DNA of 64,000 nucleotides from an uncultured bacterium (GCA_963827235.1 CAWHAE010000009.1:1152001-1216000); one strand, 5' to 3'; shown: positions 38,153 through 48,552, numbered from the stretch's first letter. Translations and numbers: made by a program. The notes: generated by a model not told the origin, from the sequence alone.

Positions 38153-39082
38153 GTGGCCGGGGCAGAGCACGTGCCGGTGCTCTACGAGGAGACGATCGAG
38201 GGACTCGGCCCCCAGTCTGGCGAACTGTACGTCGATTGCACGGCCGGGAGCGGCGGGCATTCGGCGGGGATTTTGGAGGCAAGTGCGCCCGACGGTGAGC
38301 TGCTTGCCCTGGACGCCGACTCCGAGGCGGTGGAACGAACGCGGATTCGCTTGCAGCCGTACGGGAGGCGAGCGCGAGTCAAGCAGGGCAACTTTCGCGA
38401 CCTGGAGCAGATCGTCCGGCAGGCCGGATGGGAGCAGGTAGACGGGGTGTTGTTCGACCTCGGCGTAAGCAGCGTACAGCTCGGGGTGGCCGAGCGGGGT
38501 TTCAGCTTCCAGCTGGATGGTCCACTCGATATGCGCATGGACCCATCTCGTGGGCCGTCGGCAGCCGAGCTGGTCAACACACTTGCCGAGACCGATCTGG
38601 AGACCATCTTTCGGGACTATGGCGAAGAGCCTTTGGCAAGGCGGATCGCGACGGCGATCGTGCGAGAGCGCGCGACCGGGCGAATAGAGACGACAGCGCG
38701 CCTGGCGGATCTGGTAGCGCGAGCAAAGGGCCGCAGGGGCCGAATTCACCCGGCGACCACGGTGTTCCAGGCTTTGCGCATTGCGGTGAACGGTGAGCTT
38801 GATAGCGTGACTCTGGCGCTGCCGCAGGCAATGCGCCTGCTGCGGCCGGGCGGGCGAATGGCGGTGATCGCCTTCCACTCGCTGGAAGACAGGATTGTGA
38901 AGCGATATTTGCACCAGGAGGCCAAGGAGTGTCGATGTCCACCACAACAGCCTGTTTGCAGCTGCAATCGGCAGCCTCTGCTTCGACTGGTCAACCGGCA
39001 TGCGATCGTGGCTGGGGACGCCGAGGTGCTGGGCAATCCCCGTGCACGAAGCGCAAGGTTGCGCATTGCGGTTCGGCTCTGA
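38153..39082 (+). CDS. rsmH: 16S rRNA m4C1402 methyltransferase RsmH
   Basis: HVPVL, DCTAGSGGHS, FDLGVSS, GPLDMRMD, FHSLEDRIVK, NPRARSARLR. Confidence 0.97.
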   Translation: MAGAEHVPVLYEETIEGLGPQSGELYVDCTAGSGGHSAGILEASAPDGELLALDADSEAVERTRIRLQPYGRRARVKQGNFRDLEQIVRQAGWEQVDGVLFDLGVSSVQLGVAERGFSFQLDGPLDMRMDPSRGPSAAELVNTLAETDLETIFRDYGEEPLARRIATAIVRERATGRIETTARLADLVARAKGRRGRIHPATTVFQALRIAVNGELDSVTLALPQAMRLLRPGGRMAVIAFHSLEDRIVKRYLHQEAKECRCPPQQPVCSCNRQPLLRLVNRHAIVAGDAEVLGNPRARSARLRIAVRL

Positions 39083-39122
39083 TACTCTGTGGTCGTATGT
39101 CGGATATGTGGGTAGGCGACCG

Positions 39123-39596
39123 ATGAACGCTCATCGCGCGTCGCATGACTCCAGCGGTCCGGGCTATGTGGGTGTCGCCGACCAGCGGCAAACCACCGGA
39201 TCGGTGATCCTTTTCATCGGCGCGGTTGTAATAGCCGGCCTGACGTGCGTCCTCTACCTCTGGCAACAGAGCCAGATTGTAGCCACGCAAGGCGATATTC
39301 GCTCGCTGGACGCCAAGATATCGACGCTAACCCTGCAGAAGAACGACCTTGCTTCGCAGAAGAGTCTGATGACCTCGGTCACTCACGTGCTTTCCGAGGC
39401 TACCAAGGATGGCATGGTGATGGGAGATTCGCGTCAGGTAAAGACGCTCAAGGTATCCGTGGCGGTGCCCAGCAACCTGGTGGCGCAGGATGTAGCGCCG
39501 GCCAGCAAGTCGTCCGTTGCCCTGCCCTCGACCAATGCGGCAATTACCTCCTGGTGGCAGGACGCTTGGGACGGGCTGTTTAGCCTGCTCCGATGA
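39123..39596 (+). CDS. ftsL: FtsL-like cell division protein
   Basis: Position between rsmH and ftsI; single TM followed by a leucine-zipper-like coiled coil. Confidence 0.65.
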   Translation: MNAHRASHDSSGPGYVGVADQRQTTGSVILFIGAVVIAGLTCVLYLWQQSQIVATQGDIRSLDAKISTLTLQKNDLASQKSLMTSVTHVLSEATKDGMVMGDSRQVKTLKVSVAVPSNLVAQDVAPASKSSVALPSTNAAITSWWQDAWDGLFSLLR

Positions 39597-41608
39597 TCCG
39601 CCGGCGCGCGCGCCGCGGCTGGCGGCAGCTGGCCCTGCTTGGATCTGTCCTTCTCATCCTCTGCATGCTCGCGGATCGACTGTACTCGCTGCAGATTGCC
39701 GTCAGCGTGGATGCCAAGGCCAACCTGCAGCGCTACTGGGCGGCCGACGTGGCGGCACCGCAAACGGCCAAGCCGCCTCGCGGAAGCATCGTGGACGCCA
39801 ACGGCGCCCCTCTGGTGACCACGGTAACCGTCTACAAGCTGGCGGCCTCGCCGCCATACGTGACCAAGAAGGCCTCCGTGGCGCGTGTCCTGACCGACGT
39901 GCTGTTTCCCGTGCGCTTGCCCACCGGCAAGCACGCGCACGATCAGGCGCTGATCGACAAGGCCCAGGAGGCCTACAGGCAGCACTACGACGCCTTCCTC
40001 AAGCAGCTCAATGAGTCGTGGAACTACGTCTGCCTGGCCGGCGACGACAGCGACACGTGCCCGTACCGGAGCACGCTCTCGCAAGACCTGCTGAACACTA
40101 TTCTGGCGCGCATCAACAAGCTCGACGTGGCCGGTATCAGCGCCGAGCCGCGCAGCATGCCGGTGTACCCCAACGGCAGCCTGGCCGCACAGGTGCTGGG
40201 CTACGTCGACTACGTGTACCCGGACAGCGGCTCGCCATACGACACGGGCGTGTACGGCGTGCAGCAATCCTACAACAGCCTGCTGACCGGCGTGCCGGGC
40301 CACACGAGCATTCGCTTCGACACCAAGGGAAATGCGATCCGCGTGGGCACCGGTGCCGACACCATGCCGCAGCCGGGAGCCACGCTGCAGTTGACCATCG
40401 ACAGCTACGTGCAGTACCTGGTGGAGCAGGATCTGGCCAATGTGGTGAAGAGGTTCGGCGCCATTGGAGGCAGCATCATCGTGGAGCGACCGAGCGATGG
40501 CGGCATCATCGCCATGGCCTCCACGCCTAGCTATAACCCGAACCAGTGGCGGAGTCTGGTGGCGAGCCTGGCCAAGAAGGCGGGCGCCGGCACGAAGAAA
40601 TACAACCAGACCAAGTTTATGCAATCGCTCTACTCGGTGTTTCCCAATCCGGCGATCAGCAAGCGCTACGAGCCGGGCTCGACCTTCAAGGCGTTCACCA
40701 TCGCTACCGGGTTCGATCAGAACCTCTTCAACGAAGGCACCCGCGTTTCCGACCCCGGCACGCTGTCGGTGGACGGCATCTCGATTCACGATTGGTGCTT
40801 CCCTAACTGCTCGTTCCTCGGCTATGAGACGCCCGCCATCATGCTGCACTGGTCCTCCAACGTTGGGGCGACCCAGTTCAGCCGCTTCATCTCGGCGCCG
40901 ATCTGGTACCAGTACCTGCTCGACAACTTCGGTTTCCAGTCCAAGACGGGCATCGACCTGAGCGGCGAGGTGGGCGGCGACGTGCGCTGGTACAACGACG
41001 CGCCTCCCAAGCCGATCTGGGTGCCATCGTACAAGGATACCCAGGCTTACGGGCAGGGCCTGAGCATCACGCCGTTGCAGCTAGTCAATGGCTACGCCTC
41101 GCTGGCCAACGGCGGCGAGCTGCCTACACCGCACGTCCTGCAGTCGTACACGCTGGCCGGGCGGACCGTGACTCCGACCTGGAAGCCGATCCACCGTGCC
41201 GTCAGCGAACAGACCTCTTCCCGCATAATCCAGCTCCTGGTGCAGCAGGCCGTAGGCGGAGAAGCGTGCCAGGCCCTGGTGCCCGGCTACGACCTCGCGG
41301 CCAAGACCGGCACGGCGTCGATACCCAGCCTGGGCGGCAACTACCTGCCGTCGCAAACCATCGCCAGCACGGCGGCGTTCGGCCCCGTGGAGAACGATCC
41401 GTCGCACCAGTTCGTCGTGCTGGTCAAGGTGGATCAGCCCAACGTGATCTATGGATCCGAAGTGGCCGCTCCGGTGGTGCGCGATATCTTCTACCATCTC
41501 TTCGAGTACTACAAAATGATGCCCACGGCGCACCCGACGCAACCTTCCAGCGGTGTGTGTGCCGGTGTGAACGATTATCGCACTGTGCCGTGGTCTCCTC
41601 AGCCTTGA
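39593..41608 (+). CDS. ftsI: Class B penicillin-binding protein (FtsI/PBP2)
   Basis: N-terminal TM, RGSIVD, EPGSTFK (SxxK), SSN, KTGT; dcw position. Confidence 0.92.
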   Translation: MIRRRARRGWRQLALLGSVLLILCMLADRLYSLQIAVSVDAKANLQRYWAADVAAPQTAKPPRGSIVDANGAPLVTTVTVYKLAASPPYVTKKASVARVLTDVLFPVRLPTGKHAHDQALIDKAQEAYRQHYDAFLKQLNESWNYVCLAGDDSDTCPYRSTLSQDLLNTILARINKLDVAGISAEPRSMPVYPNGSLAAQVLGYVDYVYPDSGSPYDTGVYGVQQSYNSLLTGVPGHTSIRFDTKGNAIRVGTGADTMPQPGATLQLTIDSYVQYLVEQDLANVVKRFGAIGGSIIVERPSDGGIIAMASTPSYNPNQWRSLVASLAKKAGAGTKKYNQTKFMQSLYSVFPNPAISKRYEPGSTFKAFTIATGFDQNLFNEGTRVSDPGTLSVDGISIHDWCFPNCSFLGYETPAIMLHWSSNVGATQFSRFISAPIWYQYLLDNFGFQSKTGIDLSGEVGGDVRWYNDAPPKPIWVPSYKDTQAYGQGLSITPLQLVNGYASLANGGELPTPHVLQSYTLAGRTVTPTWKPIHRAVSEQTSSRIIQLLVQQAVGGEACQALVPGYDLAAKTGTASIPSLGGNYLPSQTIASTAAFGPVENDPSHQFVVLVKVDQPNVIYGSEVAAPVVRDIFYHLFEYYKMMPTAHPTQPSSGVCAGVNDYRTVPWSPQP

Positions 41609-43005
41609 GCAGGCTGCTGTTGAGCGACCTGCGCCGCTTCGTGTACGAGAGCGGCGAGGGCTCGCTCCAGGTGGTGGGAGCCGAGCCGGACTGGCAAGTG
41701 CCGCTGGGGCCAGCGGTGAACGACTCTCGCGAGGCTCGCGTCGGCAGCATGTTCGTGGCCCTGCCGGGCGATCGCGCCGACGGGCACCAGTTTGCCGCTG
41801 GCGCCGCCGAGCGCGGCGCCCTGGTTCTGCTGGTGGCGCGAGTGCCCGAGGGCATCGCCGGGATGCCGGTAGTCCTGTGGCTGGTACCGGATCCGCTGGT
41901 CGCTCTGCAGCGCTTTGCCGCCTGGTGGCGGTCTCGATTCCCCGCCCTGACCGCCATCGGAATAACGGGCAGCGTGGGCAAGACGACTGCCAAGGAGGTG
42001 ATCGCCGCAGCCCTGGGCAAAGAGATGCCGGTACTGGCCAGTCCGCGGAGCTTCAACAACGAGATCGGACTGCCCCTGGCGCTTCTTTCGCTGAGCGGCG
42101 AACATCGCGCGATGGTGCTGGAGATGGGCATGTACGACGTCGGCGACATCGCGTTTCTCGCCCGCATCGCGCGGCAAACCATGGCCGTGGTGCTCAACGT
42201 GGATGCCGTGCATCTCGAGCGCGCGGGGACGATCGAGCGCATCGCCCAGGCCAAGCAGGAGATCGTGGATACGCTGCCTCCGGACGGCGTCACCGTGCTG
42301 AACGGCGACGATCCGCGCGTGCTGGCCATGCACGCGGCGGCTCCGGGACGGGTGATCACGTTTGGCCTGCAGGCGGGAGCGGACTGGCAGGCCACTGAAG
42401 TAGAGTCCTCCGCGGAGGGGCTCAGGCTCACGCTCAATCGCTCGGGTAGGGCCGCCGTGCTGCACAGTCCGCTGCGCGGGCGGCATCACGTCTACGCGCT
42501 GCTGGCGGCGGCGGCTGTCCTGGAAGCCGTGGACATCCCGTTCGACCGGGTGCCTGCGGCACTGGCCGCCGTGCCTGCCCCGGCCGCGCGACAGCGCTAT
42601 CTGCACGGCGCGGCCGGCTGCACGATCATCGACGACACCTACAACGCCTCACCGCTGTCCATGGCTGCGGCGCTGGATCTGCTGGCGGCCCAGGGCGCGG
42701 GTCGAAAAGTGGCCATTCTGGGCGACATGCTCGAGCTGGGCCCGATCAGCGAGGAGAAACACCGGCTGGTCGGCGAGCGCAGCACCCGGTCGGCGGATCT
42801 AGTGATCGCGGTCGGCGCCGAGGCACGGCACATCGCGGAGGGCGCCGGAACCGCCGCACTCTGGCGCCCCGACAAGGCGGCGTTGCTGGCCGATCTCGAG
42901 TCCCAGCTCGCGCCGGGCGACACGGTGCTCGTCAAGGGATCGAGAGGCATGGCCATGGAAGAGGTGGTGGCATGGCTGGCGGAGACCAGCTGGTTCAAGG
43001 GGTAG
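41605..43005 (+). CDS. murF: UDP-MurNAc-tripeptide:D-Ala-D-Ala ligase
   Basis: DSRE, DGHQF, ITGSVGKTT, SFNNEIGLP, DDTYNASP, LGDMLELG, VKGSRG. Start approximate (TTG overlapping the ftsI stop). Confidence 0.95.
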   Translation: MSRLLLSDLRRFVYESGEGSLQVVGAEPDWQVPLGPAVNDSREARVGSMFVALPGDRADGHQFAAGAAERGALVLLVARVPEGIAGMPVVLWLVPDPLVALQRFAAWWRSRFPALTAIGITGSVGKTTAKEVIAAALGKEMPVLASPRSFNNEIGLPLALLSLSGEHRAMVLEMGMYDVGDIAFLARIARQTMAVVLNVDAVHLERAGTIERIAQAKQEIVDTLPPDGVTVLNGDDPRVLAMHAAAPGRVITFGLQAGADWQATEVESSAEGLRLTLNRSGRAAVLHSPLRGRHHVYALLAAAAVLEAVDIPFDRVPAALAAVPAPAARQRYLHGAAGCTIIDDTYNASPLSMAAALDLLAAQGAGRKVAILGDMLELGPISEEKHRLVGERSTRSADLVIAVGAEARHIAEGAGTAALWRPDKAALLADLESQLAPGDTVLVKGSRGMAMEEVVAWLAETSWFKG

Positions 43006-43943
43006 CGCTTTTCAGCGCCGCGGCTGCGATCGGCCTCGCCGGCATGCCGCTGTGCATCCGCGGCCTGGTCTGGCTGGGTGCCGGCAAGCAGATCCGCGCG
43101 GAAGGGCCTGCCAGCCACCAGATCAAAGCTGGCACGCCGAGCATGGGCGGCCTTGTCTTTCTCGGCCTCACCGTGGTCCTGGGAGGCGCCTTTCTCGCGC
43201 CGGGCGACGCCGGCGTGGCCACCTTACTGGTGCTCGTGGCGGCGAGCGCACTGCTGGGCACGGTCGACGACCTGCTCAGCTCGGCCCGCTACAAGCGCGG
43301 CGGCATTCGAGCTCGTCCCAAGCTGGCCTGGCAAGCCGGCATCGCCGCCGGTGCTGTATTGCTGGAGTGGTCCGGTCCTGGACTGCCGCCCCAGCACATT
43401 CCTGGCCTCGGCACGCTTCACGCGTGGTGGGCGATCGCGCCGCTTGCCCTGGTCGCGATCATTGCCACCACCCACTCGGTGAATCTGACCGACGGCATCG
43501 ACGGGCTTGCCGGAACCACGACCGGCATTGCCCTGGCGGCGTTTGCCGCCATCGCCTACCACCAGCACGAAGATGCGGTGGGCGCGCTGTGCCTGCTCAC
43601 CATCGGGGCCGTGCTGGGCTTTCTCTGGTACAACGTGCACCCGGCGCGCCTGTTCATGGGCGACGCCGGATCGCTGGGTCTGGGCTCCCTGATCGGCGGC
43701 CTGGGACTGGTGACCGGGCAGATCGTGGCTTTGATCCCGATCAGCGTGGTGTTTGCCGCGGAAGCGCTCTCGGTGATCATGCAGGTCACGTATTTCAAGC
43801 GCACGGGCGGCAAGCGCATCTTCAAGATGGCGCCGATTCACCACCACTTCGAGGCGCTCGACTGGCCGGAGACGCAGATCGTGCAGCGGTTCATGCTCGT
43901 GGGAGTGATCGGCGCCATGGTGGGACTGGCCCTGGCATTCTGA
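42972..43943 (+). CDS. mraY: Phospho-MurNAc-pentapeptide transferase
   Basis: KAGTPSMGG, VNLTDGIDGLA, PARLFMGDAGSL, MAPIHHHFE. Confidence 0.96.
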   Translation: MAGGDQLVQGVALFSAAAAIGLAGMPLCIRGLVWLGAGKQIRAEGPASHQIKAGTPSMGGLVFLGLTVVLGGAFLAPGDAGVATLLVLVAASALLGTVDDLLSSARYKRGGIRARPKLAWQAGIAAGAVLLEWSGPGLPPQHIPGLGTLHAWWAIAPLALVAIIATTHSVNLTDGIDGLAGTTTGIALAAFAAIAYHQHEDAVGALCLLTIGAVLGFLWYNVHPARLFMGDAGSLGLGSLIGGLGLVTGQIVALIPISVVFAAEALSVIMQVTYFKRTGGKRIFKMAPIHHHFEALDWPETQIVQRFMLVGVIGAMVGLALAF

Positions 43944-44015
43944 GCGCGGGCAGGCGCCTCGCCGGTGCGATGCCGGCCCAGCAACGGGAGCGGTTGCGGG
44001 CGCGTAGCCGTCCGC

Positions 44016-44666
44016 TCAGCGGGATGCGCGCCGATAGTGCAAGACATACTCCGGCACGCCGATGCCCGGCCCCAGGTCGGGCGAGTCGACGGCACGGCCG
44101 GGCACGAGCGACAGCGGCAGCAGACCCGCCCATACGTCCAGACCACGATCCGGAGCGGCGTCCTTCGGCCCACCCTCGCGGATCTTGGCCGAGGCCTCTT
44201 CGATGCGGACGGCCGCGACCATGGTCGCCTTGAGCTCCTTCGCGTTGGGACCGCGCGCCTCGGCGGCACGGCCGGGTATGACCTGCTCCACGATCAGGCG
44301 CAGCGCCTCCACTTTCTCATCTTCGTCGGCCACCGGTCTGCCGTGACCGAGAATCACAGCAGAGCGGAAGTTCGCCGAGTGAGCGAAGGTAGAGCGCGCC
44401 AGCACGAGACCGTCGAGATGGGTGACGGTGATGCACACCGGCACGCCCGCCGTCAGCGCGTGCATCATGCGGCTCTCGGGCGAGCCGTGCAGGTAGATCG
44501 TGTCGCCGGCGCGGCCGTAGTTCGACGGGATGACGAAGGGCCAGCCGTCGTGCACGAAGCCCACGTGGCACATGATGCCGGCGTCCAGGATGCCGTGAAT
44601 GGTCTCCGTATCGTACGCCGCGCGCTCGGCGTGGCGTCTCACCGTGGTGCGTTCAGTGTGCTGCAT
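44016..44666 (-). CDS. Pyridoxamine 5'-phosphate oxidase-like flavin-nucleotide-binding protein
   Basis: CHVGF, IYLHGS, THLDGLVLARS..HSANFRS, SAKIREGGP, WAGLLP. Confidence 0.92.
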   Translation of the reverse strand: MQHTERTTVRRHAERAAYDTETIHGILDAGIMCHVGFVHDGWPFVIPSNYGRAGDTIYLHGSPESRMMHALTAGVPVCITVTHLDGLVLARSTFAHSANFRSAVILGHGRPVADEDEKVEALRLIVEQVIPGRAAEARGPNAKELKATMVAAVRIEEASAKIREGGPKDAAPDRGLDVWAGLLPLSLVPGRAVDSPDLGPGIGVPEYVLHYRRASR

Positions 44667-44719
44667 GCGTTTGCCCTTCAGAGATGACTTATTGATCGAT
44701 CATAGCGGTCTCATGGCGT

Positions 44720-44914
44720 GGGCGTACGCGCGACGTTGTGATGATCGACGCTGTCGTCGCAGAGCGCTACGCCGAACAAGCCGACTGGGACCCGCGATCA
44801 GCGCACGGAGACTTCGTGTATTCGCTGCTACGCCCGCAACGGATCCAGGTGTGGCGAGAGGTGAACGAGATCGCCCATCGCACGGTGATGAAGGGCGGAG
44901 TATGGCTGTCCTGA
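44720..44914 (+). pseudogene. 3' remnant of a second PNPOx-like gene
   Basis: Frame reads GRTRDVVMIDAVVAERYAEQADWDPRSAHGDFVYSLLRPQRIQVWREVNEIAHRTVMKGGVWLS*, which I recognise as the C-terminus of a small PNPOx-like family. N-half absent. Confidence 0.6.
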
Positions 44915-45148
44915 ATCACCGAGGTACGGATCAGCCACCTGGTTCGTGCCGGGCTCGCAGCCACGACCCCATCGGTGCGCCGGCGATAGTCGCTGGAACG
45001 GACGGGGCGACGGGGCCGGGTCGTAGCGCACTAGAGCGGGCCCATGTATGCTGGACGTAGCCCGGCTGGAACACGGCGGACGGCGATCGCTCGAGCCCCA
45101 TGGGTCGCCGGACAGCGCTGCATCGGCTCTCGCGAATGGAGCTCTGTC

Positions 45149-46432
45149 ATGCTCGAGACGGCTACCACCGGCGCGCAGACGACCTGCCCACAGTGCGGCT
45201 CGACGATCGACGTCGATCCGGGCTATGTCACATGGTGCGACCGGTGCCACTGGAACGTGCGGCCATCCACCCCGGCCCGGCCCGCGTCGTTCCTGGCGTC
45301 CCGGTATGCCGAGTTCGGCGATGCCCTGGGGCGGGGCCTTTTCGAGCAGCTCAAGGCGAGCAGCTCGCTCTCGCCCAAGCTCACGCCGTCGCTGGTGGCG
45401 GCCGCATTCGTGGCGACCGTAGTCCACCTGGTGGCCTTGGGCTGCTTCGTGCTCGGGCTGGTGCTGATCGCGACGAGCTGGCCGGCGATCTTGCTGATGT
45501 TGCTGGGCATCGGGTTCGTGCTCAGTGCAGCGTACGTGGCGCCGCGTGTCGGGAAACCTCCGCGGCACTTCGCGAGCAGAGCGTCGTTTCCCGCCCTGTA
45601 TGAGGCGGTGGCAACCGTTGCGCGTGCCGTGGGGGCCGGTGCTCCCGACGTCATCGTGCTGGACCTGAGCTTCAACGCGAGCTACAGCAGGCCAGGGTGG
45701 CGCCGGCGGCAGGTGCTCACGCTCGGGCTGCCGCTGCTGGCTGTCCTGGACGATCGGGAGTTCGTGGCACTTGTCGGCCACGAGATGGGGCATGCGGTCA
45801 ACGGTGACCATACCCGCCACTTCCTCATCGGTAGCGCGATCAATGCGCTCGAACGCTGGTATGAGATACTCGACCCGGCGCCGAGCCGCATGCACGGGCA
45901 ACGCGGATCGGCTGCCTTGGCGATGCTACTGCTGCGCCCCATCCTTCGGGCGCTGGCGCAGGTACCTCGTGCCATCGCCACGCTGCTTCTGCACCTGCTC
46001 TGGCGCGACTCACAACGAGCCGAATACCTGGCCGACGACCTGGCCGCGAGAGCTGCGGGCACAGAGGCGGCCCTCTCGCTGCTGGCGAAGCTCCAGCTGC
46101 ACACGCTCGTCGCGGCGGCGGTGCAGAACGTGGCGACGGGCTCGAGCAGGAATACCATTCTCGCACTCCTGTCCAAACGCTGCGTTGATCTGCCGGAGCG
46201 CGAGCGGCGGCGGCTCGACGCCGTGGCGCGGCTCGAGTCGTCGCGCCTCGACGCCACGCACCCGCCGAGCGGCTTCCGCATCGCGCTGCTGGAGGCGCGA
46301 CCGATTGCCAATCCGACCGTGCACGTCTCGGGCATAGCCTGGCGGGCCGTCGAGCAGGAGCTGGCGAGCACGGAGCCGCGGACGACGGAGCGCCTGGTGG
46401 ACCGCTACCGCAGCAGCCTCTACCGGCATTAG
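45149..46432 (+). CDS. M48 family membrane metallopeptidase with N-terminal Zn ribbon
   Basis: CPQC..WCDRC, two TMs, FNAS, HEMGH, EYLAD, THPP. Confidence 0.9.
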   Translation: MLETATTGAQTTCPQCGSTIDVDPGYVTWCDRCHWNVRPSTPARPASFLASRYAEFGDALGRGLFEQLKASSSLSPKLTPSLVAAAFVATVVHLVALGCFVLGLVLIATSWPAILLMLLGIGFVLSAAYVAPRVGKPPRHFASRASFPALYEAVATVARAVGAGAPDVIVLDLSFNASYSRPGWRRRQVLTLGLPLLAVLDDREFVALVGHEMGHAVNGDHTRHFLIGSAINALERWYEILDPAPSRMHGQRGSAALAMLLLRPILRALAQVPRAIATLLLHLLWRDSQRAEYLADDLAARAAGTEAALSLLAKLQLHTLVAAAVQNVATGSSRNTILALLSKRCVDLPERERRRLDAVARLESSRLDATHPPSGFRIALLEARPIANPTVHVSGIAWRAVEQELASTEPRTTERLVDRYRSSLYRH

Positions 46433-46723
46433 GCCATACCTGGCTCCTGCCTCATCGATGCAGGTTGGGATCGTGCTGCGTCGCGCGCAGGCACACGATG
46501 ATCACGCCGTCGCCGCTGAGCACGCCGCCGCGCCCGAACAGCAGTCCGTTCTGCCAGTTGGAGAGTCCGAGTTCAGGCCGGTTGAGGGCATACTGGCCGT
46601 CGACCCAGCGCGTGAATCCGTTGCCGCCGACCGGCGCATGCCCTGCTACTCGGCTCCATTTGCGCGGTGCATCTCCATCTTAGAGTGGCCCTCCGCTGAC
46701 GAGAATGGAGCTCCTATATTCTC

Positions 46724-47248
46724 CTACGGCTCACTCTCGGTCTGCACGATCGCCGCTTCATCCTGGAGCTTCTGGCCCAAGTCGGCGAAGGCGGCCTCCT
46801 GCTCTGTCTCGAGTGGCTGATCCGGTAGCATGACATGGCGCAGCACGCGCAGGATCTCCAGCTGCTGCTGGTTGATCTGGAACAGATAGTCAACTTCGCG
46901 CGCCTCCAGATCGTCGCGCAGGTGGTCTTTCTGCGCCTGGCGGTTCTGGCTCATCATAATGACCGGCGCGGCGTACGCTGCCTGTGTCGAGAAGAGCAGG
47001 TTGAGCAGGATGAACGGGTATGCATCCCAATGGTTGATGAAGCCTACGAGGTTCAGCGCAACCCACGCGCCGACGAAAGTGCTCTGGACGATGATGAAGG
47101 ACCACGATCCCATGGCGTTGGCAATGCGGTCCGCCGCGTGCTGGCCAAACGTGCTGGGCGCATGGATATGATCGCGCGAGTGGTTCCGCCGGGCTAGCAT
47201 CTCCTCCTCCAGTTCCGCGCCACCTGCCTCGTGCTTGCTGTCTGCCAC
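46724..47248 (-). CDS. DUF1003 membrane protein
   Basis: ADRIANAMGSWSFI, DAYPFILLNLLFSTQAAYAAPVIMMSQNRQ. Confidence 0.92.
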   Translation of the reverse strand: MADSKHEAGGAELEEEMLARRNHSRDHIHAPSTFGQHAADRIANAMGSWSFIIVQSTFVGAWVALNLVGFINHWDAYPFILLNLLFSTQAAYAAPVIMMSQNRQAQKDHLRDDLEAREVDYLFQINQQQLEILRVLRHVMLPDQPLETEQEAAFADLGQKLQDEAAIVQTESEP

Positions 47249-47565
47249 ATACGCCGCCTAGCGTAGCATGTGGCCGCGCGCTACGACACGCGAGTTGCGC
47301 TACGCTGTGCCCCGACCTACTCGAGTCACCACCAGTAGACATCCTTCCTGCCGGCCAGCGAGCTGCTCGCCGCCGCCGAACAGGCTCCTGGACCTGCTAC
47401 GATGCTTGAGGTGGCCTCATCTGTGATCGGCTCCGTACGTTTGCGCGGCGTCAAGCGGCAGTCTGCACGCCAATCGATTATTGATGCAGCGGAAGCGTGA
47501 CTACCGAGCAACTTCGAAGTGCTGTTGGACCCTTTCGGATAGGCCGAGGAAAGGAGTGCAGCGAG

Positions 47566-48417
47566 ATGTTTGGACAGATCATGGTGCCGCTGGACGGATC
47601 AGATCGTGCTGAGCGGGCATTGCCCTACGCAGTCCAGCTGGCAAAAGGGATGGCCGCCACACTGCACCTGGTACGTGTGGATGACTTCGTTGCTTCAATG
47701 ACCTGGGCTTTCGCACCACCCTACTTGCCGCCTGACGCCTACGAGGCCGCGGTAGCGCCGATTACGGCGTATGTCACGGCGCTCCGGCAGCGCCTGGAAG
47801 GCGAAGGACTGCGGGTGCGGAGCGAGGTGCTTACGGGAGCTGTCGCTCTATCCCTGCTGGACTATGAGCAGGCGGCGCATGTTGATTTGGTGGTCATGTG
47901 CAGCCACGGGAGGAGTGGGGCGGCCCGATTCGCCCTGGGGTCCGTCGCCGACCGGCTGCTGCGACATGGCAGCGCACCGGTGCTGCTGGTACGCGCGTTC
48001 AGCGCACCGCTGGATCTGACGCGCGTTGTGGTGCCGCTCGATGGGTCGGCGCGCGCCGAGGCGGCGCTCGGCGTCGTCGCTGCACTGGGTCGTGCGATAG
48101 TTGGTAACGTCACCTTGCTGCGGGTGATTGGCGGCGAGGAAGACGAGGCGGAGGCCCAGGCGTATCTGACCACTCTGGCACTGCGCTTGCAGCAGGATCA
48201 GCTGAACTGCCGGCAGCGCGTCGAACGCGGCGAGCCGGCGCAGACGATCATCGAGGTGGCTGGCAAGGATTCGTTGGTTGTCATGGCCACGCATGGACGG
48301 TCCGGCCTGACTCGATGGGCGTTGGGGTCGGTAGCCGATCGGGTGTGCCACGACGGGGTGGCGGGCGTCTTGTTGGTACGCACAGGTGCCACGGCTGCAG
48401 AGCCTGTCCTCCGCTAG
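47566..48417 (+). CDS. Universal stress protein (tandem USP domains)
   Basis: IMVPLDGS..AERAL twice; VMCSHGRSG..LGSVADRL and VMATHGRSG..LGSVADRV. Confidence 0.95.
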   Translation: MFGQIMVPLDGSDRAERALPYAVQLAKGMAATLHLVRVDDFVASMTWAFAPPYLPPDAYEAAVAPITAYVTALRQRLEGEGLRVRSEVLTGAVALSLLDYEQAAHVDLVVMCSHGRSGAARFALGSVADRLLRHGSAPVLLVRAFSAPLDLTRVVVPLDGSARAEAALGVVAALGRAIVGNVTLLRVIGGEEDEAEAQAYLTTLALRLQQDQLNCRQRVERGEPAQTIIEVAGKDSLVVMATHGRSGLTRWALGSVADRVCHDGVAGVLLVRTGATAAEPVLR

Positions 48418-48501
48418 GCTGTTGGCTGGACAACGGCGGTAGAACGAGTGGCAGTGGGCACTGCAGAGCCAAAGATTGATCGGAGCGGGACACGGGTCAA
48501 T

Positions 48502-48552
48502 ACTCGCATCCTACGCACTGTCCGTCCCACGTACCGTCCCTCGATCTGTCCC
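48502..48552 (-). promoter_or_regulatory. Copy 1 of the 12-bp-periodic GGGAC + TAGGATGCGAGT promoter motif
   Basis: GTCCC at 48524, 48536, 48548; ATCCTA at 48508-48513; 10-nt gap. Confidence 0.6.

Noticed and set aside
46452-46680. Protein-like minus frame (..GFTRWVDGQYALNRPELGLSNWQNGLLFG..)
   Set aside because: No start codon and no family recognised. It may be a remnant, but I cannot support that.
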